DNA from: the human T2T-CHM13v2.0 reference genome, Homo sapiens
Length of the DNA: 64,000 nt
Assembly (NCBI RefSeq): GCF_009914755.1
Contig: NC_060935.1
Reading direction: 5' to 3' (one strand)
Positions within the stretch are counted from its first letter, which is position 1; the number at the start of each line of letters is the position of its first letter. The notes under the pieces are model-generated. The model was not told the DNA's origin. It did not search any database and saw only the letters and a program-made list of their open reading frames with translations. The position numbers and the translations under genes are program-made. This document shows positions 1 to 12,177 of the stretch, in pieces.

Positions 1-16
1 GTCTTAAAACATTCAC

Positions 17-315
<299 letters not shown>

Positions 316-3300
316 CTATACAAACACTAGGAAATTAAACAATATGCTCCTGAATAATAAGTGGGTCGATGAAGAAATTAAGAAATAAATTGATAAATTT
401 CCTTAAGCAAATAATAAAGGAAACACAACATACAAAAACCTAAGGGATACAGCAAAAACAGTACAAAGAAGAAAATTTAGAGCTATAAATGGCTACACAA
501 AAAAGAAAAACTTCAAATAACCTAATGTTACATGTTAAAGAACTAGAAAAGCAAGAGCAAACCAAACCCAAGATTAGCAGAAAAAAAAGAAATAATAAAT
601 ATCAGAGCATAAATAAATTTGAAATAAAAAAGACAAAAGATCAATGAAACAAAAACGTGGTTTTTTAAAAAGATAAACAAAATTAACATTTAGCAAGACT
701 AATTAAGCAAAAAAAGAGAGAAGACCTAAATAAATAAGACCAGAAATGAAAAAGGAGACATTACAACTGATACCATAGGAATTCAGAGGATTATTAGTGC
801 AAGCAACTATATGCCAACAAATTGGAAAATCTAGAAGAAATGGATAAACACATGCAAACACAAAGAATCAACAAGACTGAACCATAAAGAAAACATGAAC
901 AGAAAAATAATATGTAATAAAATCTAAGCCATACTAAAAAGTCTCCCAGTAAAGAAAGGCCTGGGATCTAATGGCTTCACTGCTAAATTCTACTAAATAT
1001 TTTAAAAAGAACTAATGCCAATCTTACTCTAACTGTCCTTAAAAATAGAGGAAAGGGAAATACTTCGAAACTCATTCTACACGCCTAATGTTACCCCACT
1101 ACCAAAACCAGAAAAAGACACATCAAAAAAAAGAAAACTACAGGCCAATATCTCTGATAAACATTGACATGAAAATCCTCAACAGAATACTAGCAGATTG
1201 AATTCAACAAAATATTAAAAAAAAATTCATCATGAGCAAATGGGATTTATCCCAGGGATGCAAGGATGACTCAACATAAACAAATTAATCAATGTGATAC
1301 ATCATATCAAGGGAATGAGGGAGAAAAACCATATGATCATTTCAATTAATGTTGGAAAAGCATTTGATGAAGTTCCACATCCTTTCATAATTAAAAAGTC
1401 TCAAAAAACTGAGTATAAAAGGAAAATGTCTCAACATAAATAAAAGCCATATGTGACAGACCTATAGCTAGTATCATAATGAATGGGATAAAACTGAAAG
1501 CCTTCCCTCTTACATCTGGAACACAAGAAGTTTGCCTACTCTCTCTGCTGTTATTCAACATAATACTGGAAGTCTTAGCTAGAGCAATCAGACAACATAA
1601 AAATAATAAAGGGCATCCAAATTGGAAATGAAAAAGTCAAATTAGCCTTTTTACAGATATGATCTTATATTTGGGAAAACCTAGATTCCACCAAAAACTA
1701 TTAGAACTGATAAATTCAATAAAGTTGCAGGATACAAAATCAACATACAAAAATCAGTAGCATTTCTATATACCAATAGTGAACAATCTGAAAAAGAAAT
1801 TAAAAAGTAATCCCACTTTTCATAGCCACGAATAAAATTAAATACCTGAGAATTAACCAAAGAAGTGAAAAATCTCTACAATAAAAACTATAAAACACTG
1901 ATGAAAGAAATTGAAGAGGACACAAAAAAGGGAAAGATATTTTATATTCATGGATTGGAAGCATCAATATTGTTAAAATAGCTATACTACCCAAAGTAAT
2001 CTATAGATTCAATGTAGTCCCTATCAAAATACCAATGATATTCTTCACAGAAAGAAAAACAACAATTCTAAAATTTATATAGAATCACAAAAGGCCCAGA
2101 ATAGCCAAAGCTATCCTAAGCAAAAAGAACAGAACTGGAGAAATTGCATTACTTGACTTTATACTACAGAGATATAGTAACCAAAATAGCATGGCACTGT
2201 CATAGAAACATACACATAGAGCAATGGAACAGAATAGAGAACCCACAAACAAATCCACACACCTACAGCGAACTCATTTTTGACAAAGGTGCCAAGAACA
2301 TACATTGCGGAAAACACAATCTCTTCAATAAATGGTGCTAGGAAAACTGGATATCCATATGCAGAAGAATGAAACTTGAGCCCTATCTCTCTCCTTATAA
2401 AGGAAATCAAATAAAAATGGATTAAAGTCTTAAATATAATATCTCAAACTATGAAAGCACTATAAGGAAACACTGGGGAAACTCTCCAGGACACTGGTCT
2501 GGGCAAAAATTTCTTGAGTAATACTTCACAAGCATAGGCAACCAAAGCAAAAATGGACAAATGAGATCACATCAGGTTAAAAACTTCTATACAGCAAAGA
2601 AAACAATCAACAAAGTGAAAAGATAATTGACAGAATGGGATAAAATATTTGCAAACTACCCAACTGACAAGGGATTAATAACCAGAATATATGAGGAGCC
2701 CAGGAAAAAAATCTAATAATCTGATCAAAAAATGGGCCAAAGACTTGTATAGACATTTCTTAAAAGAAAATATACAAATGGCAGGCAGGGATATGAAAAG
2801 GTGTTTAACATCACTGATCATCAGAGATATACAAATCCACACTACAATGAGATATCATCTCACCCCAGTTAAAATGGCTTTTATCCAAAAATCAGGCAAT
2901 AGCAAATACTGGTGAAGATGTGGAGAAAAGGGAACTCTCCTAACACTCTTGGTGAGAATGTAAGTTAGTATAACCACTATGGAGAACAGTTTGGGGGTTC
3001 TTCAAAAAACTGAAAGTAGAGCTACCATGTGATCCAGCAATCCCACTGTTGGATATATACCCAAAAGAAAGGAAATTAGAACATTGAAGAGATATCTGTA
3101 CTCCCCTGTTTGTTGCAGAACTTTTTACAATAGCCAAGATTTGGAAGCAACCTAAGTGTCCATCAACAGATAAATGGATAAAGAAAACCTGGTACTTATA
3201 CACAATGGAGTACTATGCAGCCATAAAAAGAATGAGGTTTTGTCATTTGCAACAACATATATGGAACTAGAGGTCATTATGTTAAGTGAAATAAGCCAGG

Positions 3301-3361
3301 CACAGAGAGTCAAACTTTATATGTTCTCACTTATTTGTGGGAGCTAAAAATTAAAACAATT

Positions 3362-3577
3362 TTGTCAGTTTTATCTAAGATTAGATAGTTGTAGGTTTGT
3401 GGTCTTATTCCCAGGTTCTCTATTCTGTTCCATTGGTCTACGTGTCTCTTTCTCTACCAGTACCATGCTGTTTTGTTTACTATAACCCTGTGAAATAATC
3501 TGTACAACAAACCTCCATGACACAGTTTACCTATGTAACAAACCTGCAGTTGTACTCCTAACTGAAAATAAAAGTTA
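3362..3577 (+). mobile_element. Short 5'-inverted L1 (L1PA13-16/L1PB-type 3' end)
   Basis: Antisense ORF2 piece 3362-3490 plus sense terminal ~90 bp; TSD AAAAATTAAAA(C/T)AATT at 3346-3361 and 3578-3593. Confidence 0.8.
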
Positions 3578-3761
3578 AAAAATTAAAATAATTGAACATG
3601 TTGGGATAGAGAGTAGAAGGATGGTTACCAGAGGTTGGGAAAGGTAGGGTAGTGGTGGAGTGTGGGAATTGTTAATAGCTAAAAAACAAATAGAAATAAT
3701 GAATAAGATCTATAATTTGATAACACAATGGGGTGACTATAGTCAATAATAACTCTACATT

Positions 3762-4066
3762 TAATTTTTTATTTTGTTGTTGCTGTTTTGAGACAGTCTC
3801 TGTCACCCAGGCTGGAGTAGAGTGGTGCAATCTCAGCTCACTGCAGCCTTTGCCTCCCAGGTTCAAGTGATTCTCCTGCCTCAGCCTCCAAGTAGCTGGG
3901 ACTACAGGTGCGCTCCACCACATCCAGCTAATTTTTTTAATTTTTAGTAGAGATGGGATTTCACTATGTTGTCCAGGCTGGTCTTTAATTCCAGACCTCA
4001 AGTCATCTGCCTGCCTCAGCCTCCCAGTATGCTGGGATTATAGGTGTGAGCCACCATGTTCAGGCC
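3762..4066 (-). mobile_element. AluS (AluSz-like)
   Basis: Full antisense Alu; degenerate TSD TAACT(C/G)TACATTT on both sides. Confidence 0.9.
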
Positions 4067-6029
4067 TTTAACTGTACATTTTAAATAAATAAAAGAGTAT
4101 AATTGGATGGTTTGTAACACAAAGGACAAATGCTTGAGGGGACTGATACCCCGTTTTACATGATGTGATTATTACACATTGCATGCCTGTATCAAAATAT
4201 CACACATACCCCATAAATATATCTACCTGCTATGTACCCACAAACATTAAAAAGTTTCTTTTTTTTTTTAAAGCAGCGCTGAGAACTTGAAAGGATTTAG
4301 AAATTTATTGGCCCATTGGTTGAGACAAATGAATTTAGCTCTGCTGTTTTTGTACTAGGAAGTGAAGTACCTGCTGTAATTCCTAAATTTGCATGCCTGT
4401 GTCTCGCTATTTGCTTGTGGGTTCTCCAGAGCCCAGCAGATGTTTCATTTATAATAGAGCTCAGATGATTGCTCTTATGCAAACACATTGGCTCCATAAA
4501 CTTCAGGGTAGTTGTGATCAATTATATCACATCCCTTTTATGAAGTAGAATGATTGTTTGCTTTGCTGCTAGGCTCACAAAGAGCAGTTCCTCTGTGTTT
4601 TCTGTAAGGTTGTACTGATCAGGATATAGCCTTACCTGATGTGTATACACAAGCATACCCTGTGAAGATCTGCATTAGTTCTTCCATCCAACAGGAGCTA
4701 GCAAAGACCATCAGAATTTTGTGATGAGCTTCTTTAATATTGTAGTTGATATTGGCTCATCATGTAACTAGGTTACATGAACTGAAATATAACCTAATTT
4801 AATTAAAATTCAATGGGCAATAACTGAGAGGCAGTTCTAGGGTTTTAAACTGTTTTGCACGCAACACATAATAATTAAACAGCTAAGTTACAATATTTCA
4901 AATAAAAATTTAACACAATAATGGAAGACTTGATTTTTTTCTCCCATAGATGAAAGCAAGTTAATTTTCTTGTTTTCTTCTCTACAGGTAATGAGACTAT
5001 GGAGTTTAAACACAAATATAATCTCGTCTTGTCGCACTAGTCTTCAATCAGAATATCTTTTCTTCAACTCTTAATTACTTATCATTTCATTATTTCAATG
5101 TATTGAAGGGTGTAGGCTGCTTATAAAATTTATATTAGTCTTTACTGTAAGTCACAAATTTTACCAGTCCAAGTAACTCTACCAGAGCTAAGATACCTTA
5201 ACCTGTGGTCACAAGAGGGCTATGTCACAAAGAAGATAAACAAGAAACTGCAGAATGATTATGACAATGGAAAAGCTATCTTAAACATACAGAACTACAG
5301 ATACAATATGCTGGGAGGAATTACAATTAAACGAATTGCAGAAGTATTCTTTATTAAATATTTACCTGAGATGAAAAGAATGGTTGAACAATGACAACCA
5401 CAGTGAGTCCAGAAATAATTCAATAATAAAAATAATGGTTTTCTCACCCTATTGGATTTATAGTGAAGTGTCACAAATTTGTCTTTAATACATAAGTACA
5501 GCTAAAATTGGGAAAATAACAATGAGGCTACTTACATTTGGAGAAAGCCATGAAACAACATTGTGTTTTAGTTCTGAGATTGTTTTGCCTTTTCTGCTTA
5601 ACTTTGTTACTTCATAAATTCGGCTCCCAATTGTCACAGTATATAGTCCATTTATTTCCTCTACTGTTCTCTACCATTTCCAATGTCATATATCCTTTCA
5701 ATTTACGTGTACAATGTCCCTCTTTATTTTTTATGGAAGATTTATATTGTAATCTCTGTTTCTTAAGACAGATATAACATATAAAACTGTCTAGGCTTGG
5801 TGTTTGCTTTGTTGGCAGATTAAAAACTACACATTCAGTATCTGTAATAGTTATCAGGATTTCATCAATTTGATACAATTTCTTTGCATTTTAACACTCA
5901 TGTTTCTCTTTGTCTCTCGTGTTGCATGCTGTATAATTTTTTTATTCACATATTTCTTCCAGTTCTTTACTTCTCTTTCAATTGTATTTCTTCTTTAAAA
6001 CAATCCACTGTGCTTTGTAATTTTAACAA

Positions 6030-7080
6030 ATATTTTAACACACATTTAGAATAATGCACAACTCATAAGCATACAACTCCCTTAATTTTAAAAGCATGAA
6101 CACACCAAATGCAGCCAAAACCCACACCAACCACAACAAGAAATAAAACATTTACAGACTCTTAAGAAGCTTTCCTTCATGCTTCTTTTCAATCACTATC
6201 ACAATCATTCAGAAAGGCAATCATTAGCCTTACTTCTATCACTGTGGATAGTTTCACCTATTTTTAAACTTTATATAAATGTGGCTTAACTTCTTCACTG
6301 CTAGCTAACAAAAAAGTTGCATAAATTTTATTGGTCTTTTCAAAGAACCAACTTTTGATTGCTTTGATTTCCTTTTATATCCCTCTCCTGTTTCGTTGAT
6401 TTTCAGCTTTGATATTCATATTTTTATTCTTCTTTTTGATTTGGGTTTGATTTGCTTTTTCTTTTTCTAAAGATGGATGCTTAATTATTGATTTTCTTTC
6501 ATCCTAATATAACCATTTAATATTTTACATTTCTGTCACTTTCTCTTTCTCTTCACTTCTTCTTTAGGGACTTCCATTACATTGTCTTACAGGTCTCTAA
6601 AGCTCTTCAGTTTCCTCCAATATTTTTCTTGTTAGTCTTCATGGTGGGTAATTCCTGTTTATCTTCCTTCCTGCATAATAATTTTTTCTTTGCCATTTGA
6701 AATTTTTTATTTAACCTATCTAGTGAATTTTAATTTCAGTTATTGCACTTAGCAACTTTAGAATTTCTATTTTGTATAATCTCTATTTTCTGTTGAGGTT
6801 CTCTGATGAGATATTGTGATTATATTTTCCTTTAATTATTTGAGCACAGTTTACTTTAATCCTTTTGATATATAATAGTATTTTTGAATTCCTTGTCTAC
6901 CAAAAAGCCAATATCTCAGCCCACTTAACATCAATTTCTAATTGTTTTCCCCCACATTTTGAGTATGGGTTATACTTTCTAGTTTCTTTGAATGTCTTTT
7001 TTTTTTTTATTTTTTGGGCTGAAGATGTGACCTTTCAGATAATAAAGTGTATTGACTCTGAATTCTGATTTGTTTTCCTA
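6030..7080 (-). mobile_element. Highly diverged L1M fragments
   Basis: T-rich antisense L1-like segments, e.g. TTATTGGTCTTTTCAAAGAACCAACTTTTG. Confidence 0.55.
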
Positions 7081-7084
7081 AGAC

Positions 7085-7408
7085 TTTTTTAAAAATAAAT
7101 TTCACATTTTAGAGTCTTAATTTTACAGCAAAATTGAGCATAAAGTACAGACATTTTCCATATACCCCCTGTTCCCACACATGCATAGGCTCCCACATTA
7201 TGAATATACCTCATCATAGTGGTACATTGGTTCCAACTAATGAACATAAATTGACACATTATTATCATCCAGAGTTGATAATTTATATAGAGTTTACACT
7301 TGGTGTTATATGGTCTATGAGTTTGGACAAATGTATAGTGTATAGTGCCATGTATCCAACATTACAATATCATACAGAGTAGTTTCACTACTCTAAAGTC
7401 CTCTGTAC
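7085..7408 (-). mobile_element. L1MC-type 3' end
   Basis: ACAGCAAAATTGAGCA...CATATACCCCCTG...AGTTTCACTACTCTAAAGTCCTCTGT resembles antisense L1MC1/2 3' UTR. Confidence 0.75.
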
Positions 7409-9662
7409 AGATACATATTTTTAAGTAACTAGCCTAGACTTAAACTTCAAAATCTATCTTCACTGTAGTGTGTGGCTGTTGATGTTTCTGCTCAACAATT
7501 TAGGCAGAAATTGTGTCCAATCACCCCAAGCCCATAAGGCTTCTACCCTCAGCTTGTTGAATTTTGTGTGGATTTGGGAGTACATTCAAATTCAGCCTGT
7601 TTTTAAGTCCCCCATGACTTCTTCTGTCTTACAGGCTCTTCCCAGTATTTTTTGTACATACATGCAGTTTCTTAGTCAGTGAGGGATATGAAATACTTGT
7701 TCAGCCTTTCTGTGGCTCTCTTATTTGCAGGGTCTCCCTGTTAAAATAATTACTGGTTGGTATGCCACTTTCACCAACCAGAGCTACAAACTTAGGAGAG
7801 TAAAGATGAAGATTTTCCTATGTGTTTCTATCCAATTCACCAGTTTTAACTGATAAATCTGTCAATCACTTATCCTATTCTACTCCTCAGATCAAGAATG
7901 CTCACTTTCTCAGCAAACATTCTTGGTTTCCCAAGCATTCACAAACTACTAAAACTACTGTTGCCATTGACTGTGCTAGAGAGTAGGCATGGAAGTGACA
8001 GAAATGGCGCAGCCAAGAAGACCACAAATAGTCACTCTTCAAATAGTCACAGCTTCTCAATTTGTTGTCTGCCTTTTATTTCCAGAGCCCTAAATTTATT
8101 GTTTTAAACAATTTTACACAGTGTTATTCTGCTTATTTTTTGGAGAGGGTTTACCTAGCCAATTTACAAGTTCCTCTACTTCATAATTCTTGAAAATCTC
8201 TTGTATCATAGTTTTATGGAATTGTTTCTTTTTCAGATTAATTGCAGATCTTTTCATCTTTATTTACTCCTTAAATGTTGAGATTTTCTATGGGTCTATT
8301 CTCAACATTCTTCTCATAAAACTCAAACTCTCTGATTGTTTGTGGAAAGGAAGGATGGAGTAGTTTCAAACCAGAACAGGCTGGAAGAGGTGCAGAACAT
8401 GTAGAATAGGACAGAATGGCTGGATCAGAGAGAGTGTGGTATCTTAGATGTGCTGGCATGGGAAGGAGACTCAGGTTGATATGGTACCTGGTGCTTCAAA
8501 GTTACAGCATCAGTGGTGCTATAAGGTATAGAATAGAAGAGTGCTGCTCAGCATTATAGATTTCAATGATTCTGGAAGTAGCAATCTACATGTACTTGGC
8601 AGAGAAATGAAGACAATGGAATATTGTGCACAACCACATTTAATTGACCTGAAAGCATATATATCTTTTTCTTCTCTTCTGATACCATATAACTAAACCT
8701 ATAATTTAACCTTCTATTCCTATATTTATCTACAATTAGCATCTAGGTAGTAAAAGAAACATTTAAGTAATTACAACTGTAATCAGGGCTGAGGAGAAGA
8801 CCTACTTATGTTTAGATTAAATAGGGCAGAGTGTTAACAAATATCTGAAGAGGATGAGTATTAGAGATGGAAAGGGAAATATTAATTAACACACAAGGGA
8901 ATATAAGTAGGAGTAATAAGATGACAGGTCAAAGGGAGTAAAGAGACTTGAGCAGGTCATAATCCAAATGAGAAAAAAAAAATCACCAAACTCTAGAAGC
9001 CCCAAATAGGATCAGAGTATTTCTCTGAGAAGAATATTTTATGGGTCTGGGGGATTGTCAGCCATACACACAGGAAAGCAAAAGTTAAATACACCTTTAT
9101 GAGCATGGTATCTTCTTAGAGAGTATGTCATACTTTATTTAATATTTTTATCTGTGCAGATAAAAAACCATCAGTGTTGACAGAAAATTTCTAGTTAAAC
9201 AGAATTAATTACTTATTTCTCAAAGATCTCAGGTCTCTGCATGCTACACCATATATTGCTGCCCAGAACATCCCCAGTGTCTGTTCCTCACAGCCAATTT
9301 GCATAGCTATGCAAGGGATGGGGAACTAGAAGAGAGTTACTTAACTCAGGCTAACATATGTCTTCATAAGCTACGTAGTAATTGAGAGCATGCCAAGCTG
9401 GATTAAGCATTTTAAAATAACTTATCTAATCCTCAAACTAATCTTATAAAATATGTCCCCTTATGTGGTAGATTAGATTGATTTATTATTCCCAATTATT
9501 TGCAGTTTTCCCTGAAAGAGCACAGCCATTGACATCAAGCTTGGCCATTCGACTTTCTCCCTTGTTCATTTCCCTGTGCTGTGAATATAACATTTTCCAG
9601 TTATGGGCTGCTCCTTTACCCTGGATCTAAGAAAGAAAAATTCATGTCTTGCATAACCACAG

Positions 9663-10537
9663 AGGCATAGTTTGAATATTTATCCCTGCCCAAATATAAT
9701 GTTTAATTGTAATCTCCAGTGTTGGATGTGGGGCTTGTTGGAATGTGTTTGGATCATAGGGACAGATCCCTCACGGCTTGGTGCTGTCTTTGTGATTGTA
9801 AGTTCCTGCAAGATACGGTCATTTAAAAGTATGTAGCCCTCCCTGACCCCATGTATTCTCTTTCTTGCTCCTACTCCCACCATAGGATGTGTCTGTTTCC
9901 CTTTGCCTTCTGCCATAATTGTAAGCTTCCTGAGACCTCTCCAGAAGCCAAGCATATGTCACCACCATGCTTCCTATAAAACCTGCAGAACCATGAGCCA
10001 ATTAAATTTCTTTTCTTTATAAATTACCCAACCTCAGGTTTTTTTTATATACTTTAAGTTTTAGGGTACATGTGCACATTGTGCAGGTTAGTTACATATG
10101 TATACATGTGCCATGCTGGTGTGCTGCACCCACTAACTCGTCATCTAGCATTAGGTGTATCTCCCAATGCTATCCCTCCCCCCTCCCCCCACCCCACAAC
10201 AGTCCCCAGAGTGTGATGTTCCCCTTCCTGTGTCCATGTGATCGCATTGTTCAATTCCCACCTATAAGTGAGAATATGGGGTGTTTGGTTTTTTGTTCTT
10301 GCGATAGTTTACTGAGAATGATGATTTCCAATTTCATCCATGTCCCTACAAAGACATGAACTCATCATTTTTTACGGCTGCATAGTATTCCATGGTGTAT
10401 ATGTGCCACATTTTCTTAATCCAGTCTATCATTGTTGGACATTTGGGTTGGTTCCAAGTCTTTGCTATTGTGAATAATGCCGCAATAAACATACGTGTGC
10501 ATGTGTCTTTATAGCAATGCAGGAATGGCCTAATGCA
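9663..10537 (+). mobile_element. MST (MSTA/MSTB) solo LTR, split by a young L1
   Basis: GCAGAACCATGAGCCAATTAAA...ATAAATTACCCAACCTCAGG, resuming CTTTATAGCAATGCAGGAATGGCCTAATGCA. Confidence 0.85.
10039..10516 (-). mobile_element. Young 5'-truncated L1 (L1PA2-like), no TSD
   Basis: Antisense 3' UTR with CCCACTAACTCGTCATCTAGC (GAG allele); short T tract at 10039-10046. Confidence 0.95.
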
Positions 10538-10783
10538 ACATATAAGGCACAGCTAATATGTAACATGAGCAAGACATAAACCTTTGTTTCTGGACTACTA
10601 AGATTTGGAGGTTATTTATTATACATTATAACCCAATGGGAACTAATACATCTAATTATCTTCATTTTATATATGAGAAAACGGAGAGGAAGTCATACAA
10701 GATTTATAATTACCTGCGAATGTATAATTAGGGAGTGATCAACCTGAGATTCAAACCAATAGAGCCTATACAATTCCTAAGCT

Positions 10784-11255
10784 CTCCTACTTCTTTTTCC
10801 TTTTTTTAAACACAAATGTTAATGTTTATTATATTCAACACATATAAAATTATATTTCAATTAATACAATAAAGAGCTGTGTGCAGTGGTATGCATCTGT
10901 AGTGACAGCGACTCAGACAGCTAAGGTGGGAGGATTGCATGAGCCTAGGAGTTCGAGGCCAGTTGAGCAACATAGACTCCCATCACTAAACAAACAAAAA
11001 CCAAATCACATAGGTAAAAGCAGAGAATTACAAAGCTTTATATACATGTACCCTAGAAATTAAAGTATAATTTACAAAAAGAAAAAAAAAAGAGGGCACA
11101 ATGGAAATTTCTGGGATGTTGAAATATCCTATATCTTGATTGGTTACATGACTTTACACATTTGTACTTGTCAAACTGTGCACCTAAAAGGGGTGGATTT
11201 GCTGGCAAATTATAATGTAAATTATAATAAACATAAGTTATACCTCCTACTTCTT
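10784..11255 (-). mobile_element. TSD-flanked retroposed segment (probable inverted L1 3' transduction) containing a FLAM-like monomer (about 10875-11000), an L1PA tail (about 11040-11091) and an old L1M fragment
   Basis: 12-bp direct repeat CTCCTACTTCTT at 10784-10795 and 11244-11255; T tract to 10807; minus-strand AATAAA at 10825-10830. Confidence 0.7.
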
Positions 11256-12177
11256 GTTATTTGAATTTAGCACATCTTGTGTAGGTTGATTCTACCCTAA
11301 TTATTCATACTCAGTTCTCTTCAATCCCAAATAACCCATAGATGCCCTTGATGGGACATCAGCCCTGGATTTCATTACATGGAAAGCTGGAATGAAAAAA
11401 AGTAATTGTTAATTGGGTTAACCTACATGACCACTTTCTTCATTGAAAATATAAAGGACATTATTTGGTTTACTGAAAGGTTCCTGGGAACATTTTTTTT
11501 CTGTTATACTGCACTTTATTTTATAGAGTTACACAACTGTTTAATGACCAACATTTTCTAAGCCAGTATCCTTTTGCCTTATGATCCTACTTGTAATAAG
11601 AACATTGAGAATCAGAAGAAATAGCTTCAAGCCCTAACAACATCACTTATCAAGGTTCAACCTGGAATAAACCATTTAGCATTATTCATTAAATAAAAAC
11701 AGTTATTTCTGTAATACTCTCTAAGATGATTGCTAAAGAGATTAAATGAGATATGTGAAATCACTTTATCAATTATAAAGAGCCACACACAAATATAAAG
11801 CATTATGCTTCTCATTAGAATCTCAGTATGAGAATGATTTTCAAAGATCATTTACAGATCTGTAACTTGAAAAGAGATTCCAGGTAAGGGTAGAGAGTGA
11901 GATAAAACAGTATTCTCACCTTTACAAAACTTCACAAAGTGACTACATATGTTTTGTTTAAGTCTATTCTCCTTTTTATGGTGGGGAGAAAAAATTATTC
12001 TGTGACTAAACCTAGTTGAGATAAGCTGATAGCTACATAAACATAAGGGAGAGTAGACTACTTAAGATAAGGGGAAATATTATTTACAACACACAAGGAT
12101 TCTTATATAGTGACAGGTCTTCAGTGATATGAATTCACAAAATAAGTAAAATTTTGAGACAGTTCAAGAAATCATCT

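Larger units (their letters stand above)
9463..10650 (+). mobile_element. Old MLT1-type MaLR LTR hosting an MST LTR
   Basis: TGTGGTAGA start; resumes at about 10540 and ends ...AACTAATACA. Confidence 0.55.
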
